Shown here: positions 43,578 through 55,600 of the stretch, piece after piece | Layout of the letters: each line of letters begins with the position of its first letter | How positions within the stretch are numbered: the stretch's first letter is position 1 | Assembly: GCA_046563655.1 (NCBI GenBank) | Contig: CM102287.1 | Span: 124,001-188,000 of the forward strand | DNA length: 64,000 bases | Origin: Yuukianura sp. NJ FZ-2021 | Taxonomy: Eukaryota | Direction: 5' to 3' | Translations under genes and position numbers: made by a program | The notes under the pieces: model-generated | The model's database searches: none | What the model saw: the letters and a program-made list of their open reading frames with translations, nothing else | Told to the model about the DNA's origin: nothing

Positions 43578-43990
43578 AAATAAAAAAAAATTTAAAAAAA
43601 ATTTAAAAATAAAATCTGGGTTTCGAACTCGCGTCTTTTTCTTTCTGTCTATTTTCTGAACTGTATCTCTGTACCACTTCACAAATAAGGCAGTGTTGTA
43701 AATCTTCAAAAAAAAAAGAACTCATGAACTTCACACTGTAAGTTGAGTTTACATTTTTGCTTGTTGTAAGATTTCAACAAAAAGAATGGGATGGCGCTTG
43801 AGTTGGATTTTACAAAGAACGGGTGACTTCTTCATCTCTGTTTCTTTTCGTCTTTTGTTTCTCAACAATTCAAAAACATTACCACAGCTGTTGCGAACAA
43901 AACAAAAGCAAATCAGTGTTAAAAACATTAAGTTGTTTTTCAAAAAAAAATCAAGACTTCATCGTCCAAAAAAAAATACAACGCATCAAA

Positions 43991-45130
43991 ATGCTGGTAA
44001 GTCCTGATCGCTTATAATTTCATTCGTTCACTCGTACTGAAAGCATTACAAATAACTGTCGGACTTTCAGAATGTATTCGATGACCCTATTCGTGACCCG
44101 GATTTTGACGGAGAAGGAGTCGCGGTCGAATCGGTAAGTTTTTTTTTGTCTCATTTTTTTTTCAATTTTAAATTAAACAGAAAATTTTGAAAATTTAGCC
44201 AAGTGATTATACTTTGCGCCCGGCTCCTGCGGAAGAGACGCCTGGCCCAAGTGGTCGGACAAACGAGTACTGGGCCCTTCTGAAACAACAACGCCACAAA
44301 CTTGACAAGTATCACCTTCTCAACATTACCGCCGTGTTTGCCACCCGCCGGCACTACGAATGCGGGTATCGTGAAGAAGTAGACGAACAAAATGAAAAAA
44401 AAATGAAAAAACAACACGACGAAGAGATGTTCGTAGGTTATGGGGACAAAGACGTCGACTACTATCCGTGAGTGATTAATTTAAAATTATTTTCAGTTTT
44501 CAGAATTCAATTTTGGCTTTCGTTTTCTGTAGATTCAGATGGATTAAAATTCCATCGGACATGCCACCGGAACTGACAGCAAAGTTTAACATGCTACGTC
44601 GGAGAGAGTATGGAACAACTCTTGCGCAGTCGGCCGTTGAAGTGCCAGGGAAACAATTTCAATATATGCAACTTGGGTTCAAAAAGAGAATTGTGGTAAT
44701 ATAAGCCAAAGTTTTTTTTTGGAAATCCTGATTTGAATTTTATGTTTTTTAGCCTCAATTCAGCAACACTTACGTGTGCTCCTCTTGTCGCTGCTGCTTT
44801 GCAACTAAGGACTTATACCGATCGCATCGTTGTTGTTTTACGCAAAGTGTAGCCATCCAAACGGATGCACAAGACGTGCTGGATTCTCAACCCCCACCTA
44901 TTGACTACTCATCTCTGTTCTGCGAGGGATGTCGGATGTCGTTTAAGCGGAAATTTAAGTTCAAGCGACATTGTGAAAACATACACCCCAGGCGGTCTAA
45001 TCCCGCCAAAGAGTACAAGTTTCAATGCCGCTGTCGTGATTACCAAACTGACCGCAATGACAATTATCTCCGCCATGTCAGAAGATGTAAAGTAGTGTTG
45101 GGGGTTCAGTGCCACATTATACTTTACTAA
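43991..45130 (+). CDS. Five-exon zinc-finger protein gene
   Basis: ATG CTG|GTAAG, then short GT-AG introns join NVFDDPIRDPDF, PSDYTLRPAP, FRWIKIP and PQFSNTYVC in frame. Fingers CEGC...HCENIH and CRC...HVRRC. AATAAA follows the stop. Confidence 0.7.
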
Positions 45131-48100
45131 CTTCAATAAAATTTTGGAATTAAATATAATTACTATTTTAAGCTTTTTATTCAATGACATAAAAATTCCA
45201 TTATTGTAAAAATTGTTGTAAAATACAATCTTGAAAAGTAAAAGCACTTTTAAAGCAAAGGAAAGGCTTTAGGGTGTTTTGAATATGAGCTAAAGTGGTT
45301 CTTAGTTGAATTGAAATTGAAACAAGTTATTCTACTAATGCTCTAATTTGTAACCGGGCAAACCTGTTGATTTCCAAAAAAAACCATTGTTTGCTACATG
45401 TGAGCGGTTTCTCAGAAACGAAGTTTTAAATTTGACAAACTGCTGCTTTAAAAAATGAGCTTGTACAGAGGTAATTAGCATTGTGTCCAGATTATAAGCC
45501 TTTATAGACAACAAGTTATTCTACTACTGCTCTAATTTGTAACCATGCTAACCTGTTGATTTCCAAAAAAACCCACTGTTTGCATACATGTGAGCGGTTT
45601 CTCAGAAACGAAGTTTTGAAATTTGCCAAACTGCTGCTTTAAAAAATGAGTTTGTACAGAGGTAATTAGCATTGTGTCCAGATTATAAGCCTTTATAGAC
45701 AACAAGTTATTCTACTAATGCTCTAATTTGTAACCGGGCAAACCTGTTGATTTCCAAAAAAAAAAACCATTGTTTGCTACATGTGAGCGGTTTCTCAGAA
45801 ACGAAGTTTTAAATTTGACAAACTGCTGCTTTAAAAAATGAGCTTGTACAGAGGTAATTAGCAGTGTCCAGATTATAAGCCTTTATAGACAACAAGTTAT
45901 TCTACTACTGCTCTAATTTGTAACCATGCTAACCTGTTGATTTCCAAAAAACCCCATTGTTTGCATACATGTGAGCGGTTTCTCAGAAACGAAGTTTTGA
46001 AAATTACCAAACTGCTGCTTTAAAAAATGAGCGTGTACAGAGGTAATTAGCATTGTGTCCAGATTATAAGCCTTTATAGACAACAAGTTATTCTACTAAT
46101 GCTCTAATTTGTAACCGAGCAAACCTGTTGATTCCCAAAAAAACCATTGTTTGCTACATGTGAGCGGTTTCTCAGAAACGAAGTTTTGAAATTTGCCAAA
46201 CTGCTGCTTTAAAAAATGAGCTTGTACAGAGGTAATTAGCATTGTGTCCAGATTATAAGCCTTTATAGACAACAAGTTATTCTACTAATGCTCTAATTTG
46301 TAACCGGGCAAACCTGTTGATTTCCAAAAAAAAAAACCATTGTTTGCTACATGTGAGCGGTTTCTCAGAAACGAAGTTTTAAATTTGACAAACTGCTGCT
46401 TTAAAAAATGAGCTTGTACAGAGGTAATTAGCAGTGTCCAGATTATAAGCCTTTATAGACAACAAGTTATTCTACTACTGCTCTAATTTGTAACCATGCT
46501 AACCTGTTGATTTCGAAAAAACCCCATTGTTTGCATACATGTGAGCGGTTTCTCAGAAACGAAGTTTTGAAAATTACCAAACTGCTGCTTTAAAAAATGA
46601 GCGTGTACAGAGGTAATTAGCATTGTGTCCAGATTATAAGCCTTTATAGACAACAAGTTATTCTACTAATGCTCTAATTTGTAACCGAGCAAACCTGTTG
46701 ATTCCCAAAAAAACCATTGTTTGCTACATGTGAGCGGTTTCTCAGAAACGAAGTTTTGAAATTTGCCAAACTGCTGCTTTAAAAAATGAGCTTGTACAGA
46801 GGTAATTAGCATTGTGTCCAGATTATAAGCCTTTATAGACAACAAGTTATTCTACTAATGCTCTAATTTGTAACCGGGCAAACCTGTTGATTTCCAAAAA
46901 AAAAAACCATTGTTTGCTACATGTGAGCGGTTTCTCAGAAACGAAGTTTTAAATTTGACAAACTGCTGCTTTAAAAAATGAGCTTGTACAGAGGTAATTA
47001 GCAGTGTCCAGATTATAAGCCTTTATAGACAACAAGTTATTCTACTACTGCTCTAATTTGTAACCATGCTAACCTGTTGATTTCCAAAAAAAACATTGTT
47101 TGCATACATGTGAGCGGTTTCTCAGAAACGAAGTTTTGAAAATTACCAAACTGCTGCTTTAAAAAATGAGCGTGTACAGAGGTAATTAGCATTGTGTCCA
47201 GATTATAAGCCTTTATAGACAACAAGTTATTCTACTACTGCTCTAATTTGTAACCATGCTAACCTGTTGATTTCCAAAAAACCCCATTGTTTGCATACAT
47301 GTGAGCGGTTTCTCAGAAACGAAGTTTTGAAAATTACCAAACTGCTGCTTTAAAAAATGAGCGTGTACAGAGGTAATTAGCATTGTGTCCAGATTATAAG
47401 CCTTTATAGACAACAAGTTATTCTACTAATGCTCTAATTTGTAACCGAGCAAACCTGTTGATTCCCAAAAAAACCATTGTTTGCTACATGTGAGCGGTTT
47501 CTCAGAAACGAAGTTTTGAAATTTGCCAAACTGCTGCTTTAAAAAATGAGCTTGTACAGAGGTAATTAGCATTGTGTCCAGATTATAAGCCTTTATAGAC
47601 AACAAGTTATTCTACTAATGCTCTAATTTGTAACCGGGCAAACCTGTTGATTTCCAAAAAAACCATTGTTTGCTACATGTGAGCGGTTTCTCAGAAACGA
47701 AGTTTTAAATTTGACAAACTGCTGCTTTAAAAAATGAGCTTGTACAGAGGTAATTAGCATTGTGTCCAGATTATAAGCCTTTATAGACAACAAGTTATTC
47801 TACTACTGCTCTAATTTGTAACCAAGCTAACCTGTTGATTTCCAAAAAACCCCACTGTTTGCATACATGTGAGCGGTTTCTCAGAAACGAAGTTTTGAAA
47901 ATTACCAAACTGCTGCTTTAAAAAATGAGCGTGTACAGAGGTAATTAGCATTGTGTCCAGATTATAAGCCTTTATAGACAACAAGTTATTCTACTACTGC
48001 TCTAATTTGTAACCGGGCAACCCTGTTGATTTCCAAAAAACCCCATTGTTTGCATACATGTGAGCGGTTTCTCAGAAACGAAGTTTTGAAATTTACCAAA

Positions 48101-48817
48101 CTGCTGCTTTAAAAAATGAGCGTGTACAGAGGTAATTAGCATTGTGTCCAGATTATAAGCCTTTATAGACAACAAGTTATTCTACTACTGCTCTAATTTG
48201 TAACCATGCTAACCTGTTGATTTCCAAAAAACCCATTGTTTGCATACATGTGAGCGGTTTCTCAGAAACGAAGAGTTGAAATTTACCAAACTGCTGCTTT
48301 AAAAAATGAGCGTGTACAGAGGTAATTAGCATTGTGTCAAGATTATAAGCCTTTATAGACAACAAGTTATCCTACTAATGCTCTAATTTGTAACCGAGCA
48401 AACCTGTTGATTCCCCAAAAAACCATTGTTTGCTACATGTGAGCGGTTTCTCAGAAACGAAGTTTTGAAATTTGCCAAACTGCTGCTTTAAAAAATGAGC
48501 TTGTACAGAGGTAATTAGCATTGTGTCCAGATTATAAGCCTTTATAGACAACAAGTTATTCTACTAATGCTCTAATTTGTAACCGAGCAAACCTGTTGAT
48601 TCCCCAAAAAAACCATTGTTTGCTACATGTGAGCGGTTTCTCAGAAACGAAGTTTTGAAATTTGCCAAACTGCTGCTTTAAAAAATGAGCTTGTACAGAG
48701 GTAATTAGCATTGTGTCCAGATTATAAGCCTTTATAGACAACAAGTTATTCTACTAATGCTCTAATTTGTAACCGGGCAAACCTGTTGATTTCCAAAAAA
48801 AACCATTGTTTGCTACA

Positions 48818-51800
48818 TGTTCAGTAACTTTCAACTGAACTTAAGAAAAAACTGGGTAAAAGCAGACTCTGAAAAGTTCAGGAAAATCTGGGCTTTTAAC
48901 CCTTTGTTTAATTGATGAAAGTTAATTGATAATGAACAATTAATTGTTAATGATAGTGTTAGGTCGAGTACTTAGGCATGGTACTGTGTGTGACAACGTG
49001 CTAAGACTGACTTATGCTAACAGAGTTGAACAGAACAAAAGCCCTAAACTAACTGCGTAGTAGAGGGAGGGGCTAAGAGGCCTGAAATTGTGGGATTTTT
49101 GAATATAAAGTAAGCGGTAGTTTTGAATTGAAAAACCTAGTGGAATTCACGTGGCAATTCCACAAACACTCCCCGGCGTTGGTGGATTTTGGAAATCCAC
49201 CAAGGAAAACTTGAAAATTAAAGTGGAAATGAAACGGGGTTGTTTGTGAAAGCGCGCAGGCGTGAGAAACTTAAGTGTTTAGAAGGGAGTGATGGAGAAT
49301 AAATTTAAATTAAATCTAAATTATAGAAATCTAAGTTTAAAATTAAATCTGACTCTACTCGAAATTTGAAAAGAAATGTTAAGTCTAGTTGATGCTGTAG
49401 ACTGATGCGGTGACGTCTTCATCGGTTGGCAGAGGAGCTAGTCGAGTGAAGGGACGTCGGTAGAGTTTGGTTGAGGAGACTTGAGACTTCGAGAGGGGAC
49501 GGGATGACGAATCCTGAAGTGGAATGCCGACATCTGACGTCTGCTGCCTGCTCGAATTGATGTGATGTTGTCCAAGAAGGGGGAGAGAAAGCGGACGTTT
49601 CCCTTGACCTGCTGCTTCTGGGCACAAAAGTTGATTTCTTCTGGAAAACAGGCTTTCTGGACCACCTTGACGAGTGCAAGTTGGGCCTGATCCAGTTGTT
49701 TTGAAGTGAGCGGTGCAGAGGTCGGCATCGCTTTTGCTTGAGTTGAGGCGAATGTTGACCCTGGGCAAAGTGAGACTGCAGTGGTCACGACTTTTCCAGC
49801 GAAGAGTTGAGGGGGTAGAACTTCAGCCTTGAATGGTTGTGGTGAAGAGTGTTCCAGGTCCCTGTAGCGTTGCTGAGATGCTTCCAAACTTTTGTCGTTT
49901 GGGTCACAAGTGACGTGACACGAGGTGACGCTGAAAGGAGATGTGTGATCTGGGCTTAACGGAGAAGTCCCAGTAAGGAACCAGCCAAAACGAGAGTCTT
50001 GTGCGAGTGGTGTCCCTGGAGGTCCAGTTCTGATTCCGGGCAGGAGTACTTCAGCAGTAGCTTCTGCACCGAGTAAAATGTCAATGGATGACGGAATGTT
50101 GAAGTCAGGGTCAGCCAGTGAGAGACCGTCCAAGTGAGGAAATGACCCTTGACATTTGGAGCGTGGTAGAAGTCCAGTGAGGCGAGGCAAGACCAAGGCT
50201 TTCACTGGAAAAATAAAATTGTCATAACGTGAGTGCAGTTTGAAATTTACCGCACCACGAGTGGAGCCTCCAGATGAACCTCCGATTCCAGTCACACTGA
50301 TGCATGACTTCTGTCGCCTCAAGTTGAATCGGTCGACGAAAGCTTCTGAGACGAAGTTGGATTCGGAGCCGGGGTCCAGGAAGACACGACAAGGTTGACG
50401 TTCACCGTTCTGGTCAACGACTCGAGCGACGACAGTAGCCATCAGAACCACTTTGGTAGTGGGTGTCGTAGATGACGAGTGATGGGACTGGACGTGTTCG
50501 TCAGACGAAGAGGTTGAGTGAGATGCAGAGGGTGGTGACCTTGGTGCTGAATTTGTTGTTGAATTTGAGTCAGAACTTGACTCAGATGATGAGCTCGGAC
50601 TGCGATGACGGACGTGAGCGTCAAAGTGGAGAAGGGTGTTGTGACGTTTTGAGCACTTGGAACACACCCCTTCACTTTTGCAGTCACGAACTTGATGGTT
50701 TGAACGCAAACAATTGGTACAAATTTTCTTCTTGTGGGCGAAAGTAGTTCGGTCGTGGGGACTCAACTTGAGAAAATCCGGACATTTGTAGATCCGGTGG
50801 GTCTGGTCATCACATTGTGGACATGCTGATTTGCCTTTGGTTTGCCCTGTAATCGTGTGATGAGCAGTGGATGATGAAGGGCTTGACTTCCGCTTTGATG
50901 ACGGTGATGATGGTGTTGGAGTGAGGGCATTGGCTCTTTTCTCCAAAAACTCCATGAACGGAGGAAGAGTAGGAAGTTCGTCGTCAGTGGTCAGTAACCA
51001 CTGTCTTCTCGTCTCTGGATCAAGTTTGAGATGGGCCCAGTAGACGATGAAGATATCCCAATCGGTCACGTTGACGTTGAGGATCTTGAGGGAGCGGAGA
51101 CATTGGTTGATTGTGTCGACCAACTTGAGAATCCCCTTGGATGTGTCTGGAACAGACTGAATAGAGAAAAGTTTAGTTAAATGAGAAAAGATGATTTCTC
51201 GTTTCTTGTTGAAACGTTTCTCAACCAATTCCCATGCTTCAGCGAAACTGAGATTGTTGAGTGGGAATGAAGAAGCGATGGACGCAGCTTCACCAGTCAG
51301 CGAGTTCTTGAGATAAACGAGCTTTTGAGCACCGGAAATTCTGGGATTATCGATGACAGCAGCCTGGAACAGATCCGAGAAGTTCTGCCACTCCGTGTAA
51401 TCGCCATTGAAAGTCGGTGGTTTAGTCTTCTCTAACTTAAACTCAGAATCAAAGTTAGAGTGATGTTGAATTCTTGAAGGACCGGGTTGATCCTCATTTG
51501 GTTTACGAATCGTATCTCGAACGGCATAGAGTGTGAATTGTACCTGTTCTAGTAGATCTTCACACTCGATAAGTGTATCGTCTATGTCGTCCAATGATTG
51601 GGAGGAAGTACTGGCACAGATGAGATGACGTTTCCAGTAATTGAACTCAGTTTTGATTTCACTAAGTCGAGTCTCCTTAACGGTGACTTCAGGGACAGTG
51701 GTCGGTTTCCATGTGTCGGAGTCTAATGACGTCTGGAGGCGAACGATCGTCTTCCTAACATGACCGAGTCCAGCTGTTGCCGAACTGAAGCTCACTACGT

Positions 51801-52231
51801 CGGAGGATGCAGTGGAGGCCATGTCACTGATAGAGAGTCACTGATTGATTAAAGTTAATTTTAGATTTCCTGAAAAATTATGTTCAGTAACTTTCCAACT
51901 GAACTTAAGAAAAACTGGGCAAAAGCAGACTCTGAAAAGTTCAGGAAAATCTGGGCTTTTAACCCTTTGTTTAATTGATGAAAGTTAATTGATGATGAAC
52001 AATTAATTGTTAATGATAGTGTTAGGTCGAGTACTTAGGCATGGTACTGTGTGTGACAACGTGCTAAGACTGACTTATGCTAACAGAGTTGAACAGAACA
52101 AAAGCCCTAAACTAACTGCGTAGTAGAGGGAGGGGCTAAGAGGCCTGAAATTGTGGGATTTTTGAATGTAAAGTAAGCGGTAATTTTGAATTGAAAAACC
52201 TAGTGGAATTCACGTGGCAATTCCACAAACA
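48818..52231 (-). mobile_element. Non-autonomous BEL/Pao element 3 (3.4 kb, Gag-protease only)
   Basis: 351-bp LTRs 48818-49168 and 51881-52231 with few differences, 5-bp TSD CTACA, PPT CGCCGGGGAG. Confidence 0.93.
49438..51822 (-). CDS. gag: BEL Gag-protease, 794 aa; RT, RNase H and integrase core deleted
   Basis: PPTFNGDYTEWQNF, triple Cys knuckles, protease FLDPGSE and IDILLGA, then a jump to a pre-integrase fragment (QAQLALVKVVQ). Confidence 0.9.
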   Translation of the reverse strand: MASTASSDVVSFSSATAGLGHVRKTIVRLQTSLDSDTWKPTTVPEVTVKETRLSEIKTEFNYWKRHLICASTSSQSLDDIDDTLIECEDLLEQVQFTLYAVRDTIRKPNEDQPGPSRIQHHSNFDSEFKLEKTKPPTFNGDYTEWQNFSDLFQAAVIDNPRISGAQKLVYLKNSLTGEAASIASSFPLNNLSFAEAWELVEKRFNKKREIIFSHLTKLFSIQSVPDTSKGILKLVDTINQCLRSLKILNVNVTDWDIFIVYWAHLKLDPETRRQWLLTTDDELPTLPPFMEFLEKRANALTPTPSSPSSKRKSSPSSSTAHHTITGQTKGKSACPQCDDQTHRIYKCPDFLKLSPHDRTTFAHKKKICTNCLRSNHQVRDCKSEGVCSKCSKRHNTLLHFDAHVRHRSPSSSSESSSDSNSTTNSAPRSPPSASHSTSSSDEHVQSHHSSSTTPTTKVVLMATVVARVVDQNGERQPCRVFLDPGSESNFVSEAFVDRFNLRRQKSCISVTGIGGSSGGSTRGAVNFKLHSRYDNFIFPVKALVLPRLTGLLPRSKCQGSFPHLDGLSLADPDFNIPSSIDILLGAEATAEVLLPGIRTGPPGTPLAQDSRFGWFLTGTSPLSPDHTSPFSVTSCHVTCDPNDKSLEASQQRYRDLEHSSPQPFKAEVLPPQLFAGKVVTTAVSLCPGSTFASTQAKAMPTSAPLTSKQLDQAQLALVKVVQKACFPEEINFCAQKQQVKGNVRFLSPFLDNITSIRAGSRRQMSAFHFRIRHPVPSRSLKSPQPNSTDVPSLD

Positions 52232-52686
52232 CTACATGTGAGCGGTTTCTCAGAAACGAAGTTTTAAATTTGACAAACTGCTGCTTTAAAAAATGAGCTT
52301 GTACAGAGGTAATTAGCATTGTGTCCAGATTATAAGCCTTTATAGACAACAAGTTATTCTACTACTGCTCTAATTTGTAACCATGCTAACCTGTTGATTT
52401 CCAAAAAACCCCATTGTTTGCATACATGTGAGCGGTTTCTCAGAAACGAAGTTTTGAAAATTACCAAACTGCTGCTTTAAAAAATGAGCGTGTACAGAGG
52501 TAATTAGCATTGTGTCCAGATTATAAGCCTTTATAGACAACAAGTTATTCTACTAATGCTCTAATTTGTAACCGGGCAAACCTGTTGATTTCCAAAAAAC
52601 CCTATTGTTTGTCTACATGTGAGCGGTTTCTCAGAAACGAAGTTTTGAAATTTACCAAACTGCTGCTTTAAAAAATGAGCGTGTAC

Positions 52687-55600
52687 ATGTATGCAAACAA
52701 TGGGGTTTTTTGGAAATCAACAGGTTAGCATGGTTACAAATTAGAGCAGTAGTAGAATAACTTGTTGTCTATAAAGGCTTATAATCTGGACACAATGCTA
52801 ATTACCTCTGTACAAGCTCATTTTTTAAAGCAGCAGTTTGTCAAATTTAAAACTTCGTTTCTGAGAAACCGCTCACATGTAGCAAACAATGGTTTTTTTT
52901 TTGGAAATCAACAGGTTTGCCCGGTTACAAATTAGAGCATTAGTAGAATAACTTGTTGTCTATAAAGGCTTATAATCTGGACACAATGCTAATTACCTCT
53001 GTACAAGCTCATTTTTTAAAGCAGCAGTTTGGCAAATTTCAAAACTTCGTTTCTGAGAAACCGCTCACATGTAGCAAACAATGGTTTTTTTTGGGAATCA
53101 ACAGGTTTGCTCGGTTACAAATTAGAGCATTAGTAGAATAACTTGTTGTCTATAAAGGCTTATAATCTGGACACAATGCTAATTACCTCTGTACACGCTC
53201 ATTTTTTAAAGCAGCAGTTTGGTAATTTTCAAAACTTCGTTTCTGAGAAACCGCTCACATGTAGCAAACAATGGTTTTTTTTGGGAATCAACAGGTTTGC
53301 TCGGTTACAAATTAGAGCATTAGTAGAATAACTTGTTGTCTATAAAGGCTTATAATCTGGACACAATGCTAATTACCTCTGTACACGCTCATTTTTTAAA
53401 GCAGGAGTTTGGTAATTTTCAAAACTTCGTTTCTGAGAAACCGCTCACATGTATGCAAACAATGGGGTTTTTGAAAATCAACAGGTTAGCATGGTTACAA
53501 ATTAGAGCAGTAGTAGAATAACTTGTTGTCTATAAAGGCTTATAATCTGGACACAATGCTAATTACCTCTGTACAAGCTCATTTTTTAAAGCAGCAGTTT
53601 GTCAAATTTAAAACTTCGTTTCTGAGAAACCGCTCACATGTAGCAAACAATGGTTTTTTTTTTGGAAATCAACAGGTTTGCCCGGTTACAAATTAGAGCA
53701 TTAGTAGAATAACTTGTTGTCTATAAAGGCTTATAATCTGGACACAATGCTAATTACCTCTGTACAAGCTCATTTTTTAAAGCAGCAGTTTGGCAAATTT
53801 CAAAACTTCGTTTCTGAGAAACCGCTCACATGTAGCAAACAATGGTTTTTTGGAAATCAACAGGTTTGCCCGGTTACAAATTAGAGCATTAGTAGAATAA
53901 CTTGTTGTCTATAAAGGCTTATAATCTGGACACAATGCTAATTACCTCTGTACAAGCTCATTTTTTAAAGCAGCAGTTTGTCAAATTTCAAACTTCGTTT
54001 CTGAGAAACCGCTCACATGTAGCAAACAATGGTTTTTTGGAAATCAACAGGTTTGCCCGGTTACAAATTAGAGCATTAGTAGAATAACTTGTTGTCTATA
54101 AAGGCTTATAATCTGGACACAATGCTAATTACCTCTGTACAAGCTCATTTTTTAAAGCAGCAGTTTGGCAAATTTCAAAACTTCGTTTCTGAGAAACCGC
54201 TCACATGTAGCAAACAATGGTTTTTTTTTTTGGAAATCAACAGGTTTGCCCGGTTACAAATTAGAGCATTAGTAGAATAACTTGTTGTCTATAAAGGCTT
54301 ATAATCTGGACACAATGCTAATTACCTCTGTACACGCTCATTTTTTATAGCAGCAGTTTGGTAATTTTCAAAACTTCGTTTCTGAGAAACCGCTCACATG
54401 TATGCAAACAATGGGGTTTTTTGAAAATCAACAGGTTAGCATGGTTACAAATTAGAGCAGTAGTAGAATAACTTGTTGTCTATAAAGGCTTATAATCTGG
54501 ACACAATGCTAATTACCTCTGTACAAGCTCATTTTTTAAAGCAGCAGTTTGTCAAATTTAAAACTTCGTTTCTGAGAAACCGCTCACATGTAGCAAACAA
54601 TGGTTTTTTTTGGGAATCAACAGGTTTGCTCGGTTACAAATTAGAGCATTAGTAGAATAACTTGTTGTCTATAAAGGCTTATAATCTGGACACAATGCTA
54701 ATTACCTCTGTACACGCTCATTTTTTAAAGCAGCAGTTTGGTAATTTTCAAAACTTCGTTTCTGAGAAACCGCTCACATGTATGCAAACAATGGGTTTTT
54801 TGGAAATCAACAGGTTAGCATGGTTACAAATTAGAGCAGTAGTAGAATAACTTGTTGTCTATAAAGGCTTATAATCTGGACACAATGCTAATTACCTCTG
54901 TACAAGCTCATTTTTTAAAGCAGCAGTTTGTCAAATTTAAAACTTCGTTTCTGAGAAACCGCTCACATGTAGCAAACGATGGTTTTTTTTTTTGGAAATC
55001 AACAGGTTTGCCAGGTTACAAATTAGAGCATTAGTAGAATAACTTGTTGTCTATAAAGGCTTATAATCTGGACACAATGCTAATTACCTCTGTACAAGCT
55101 CATTTTTTAAAGCAGCAGTTTGGCAAATTTCAAAACTTCGTTTCTGAGAAACCGCTCACATGTAGCAAACAATGGTTTTTTTTGGGAATCAACAGGTTTG
55201 CTCGGTTACAAATTAGAGCATTAGTAGAATAACTTGTTGTCTATAAAGGCTTATAATCTGGACACAATGCTAATTACCTCTGTACAAGCTCATTTTTTAA
55301 AGCAGCAGTTTGTCAAATTTAAAACTTCGTTTCTGAGAAACCGCTCACATGTAGCAAACAATGGTTTTTTTTTGGAAATCAACAGGTTTGCCCGGTTACA
55401 AATTAGAGCATTAGTAGAATAACTTGTTGTCTATAAAGGCTTATAATCTGGACACAATGCTAATTACCTCTGTACAAGCTCATTTTTTAAAGCAGCAGTT
55501 TGGCAAATTTCAAAACTTCGTTTCTGAGAAACCGCTCACATGTAGCAAACAATGGTTTTTTTGGGAATCAACAGGTTTGCTCGGTTACAAATTAGAGCAT

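Larger units (their letters stand above)
45320..52686 (-). repeat. 190-bp satellite array, orientation 1 (contains the BEL3 insertion)
   Basis: Tandem monomers AACAAGTTATTCTACT...CCTTTATAGAC with a period of ~190 bp. Confidence 0.97.
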
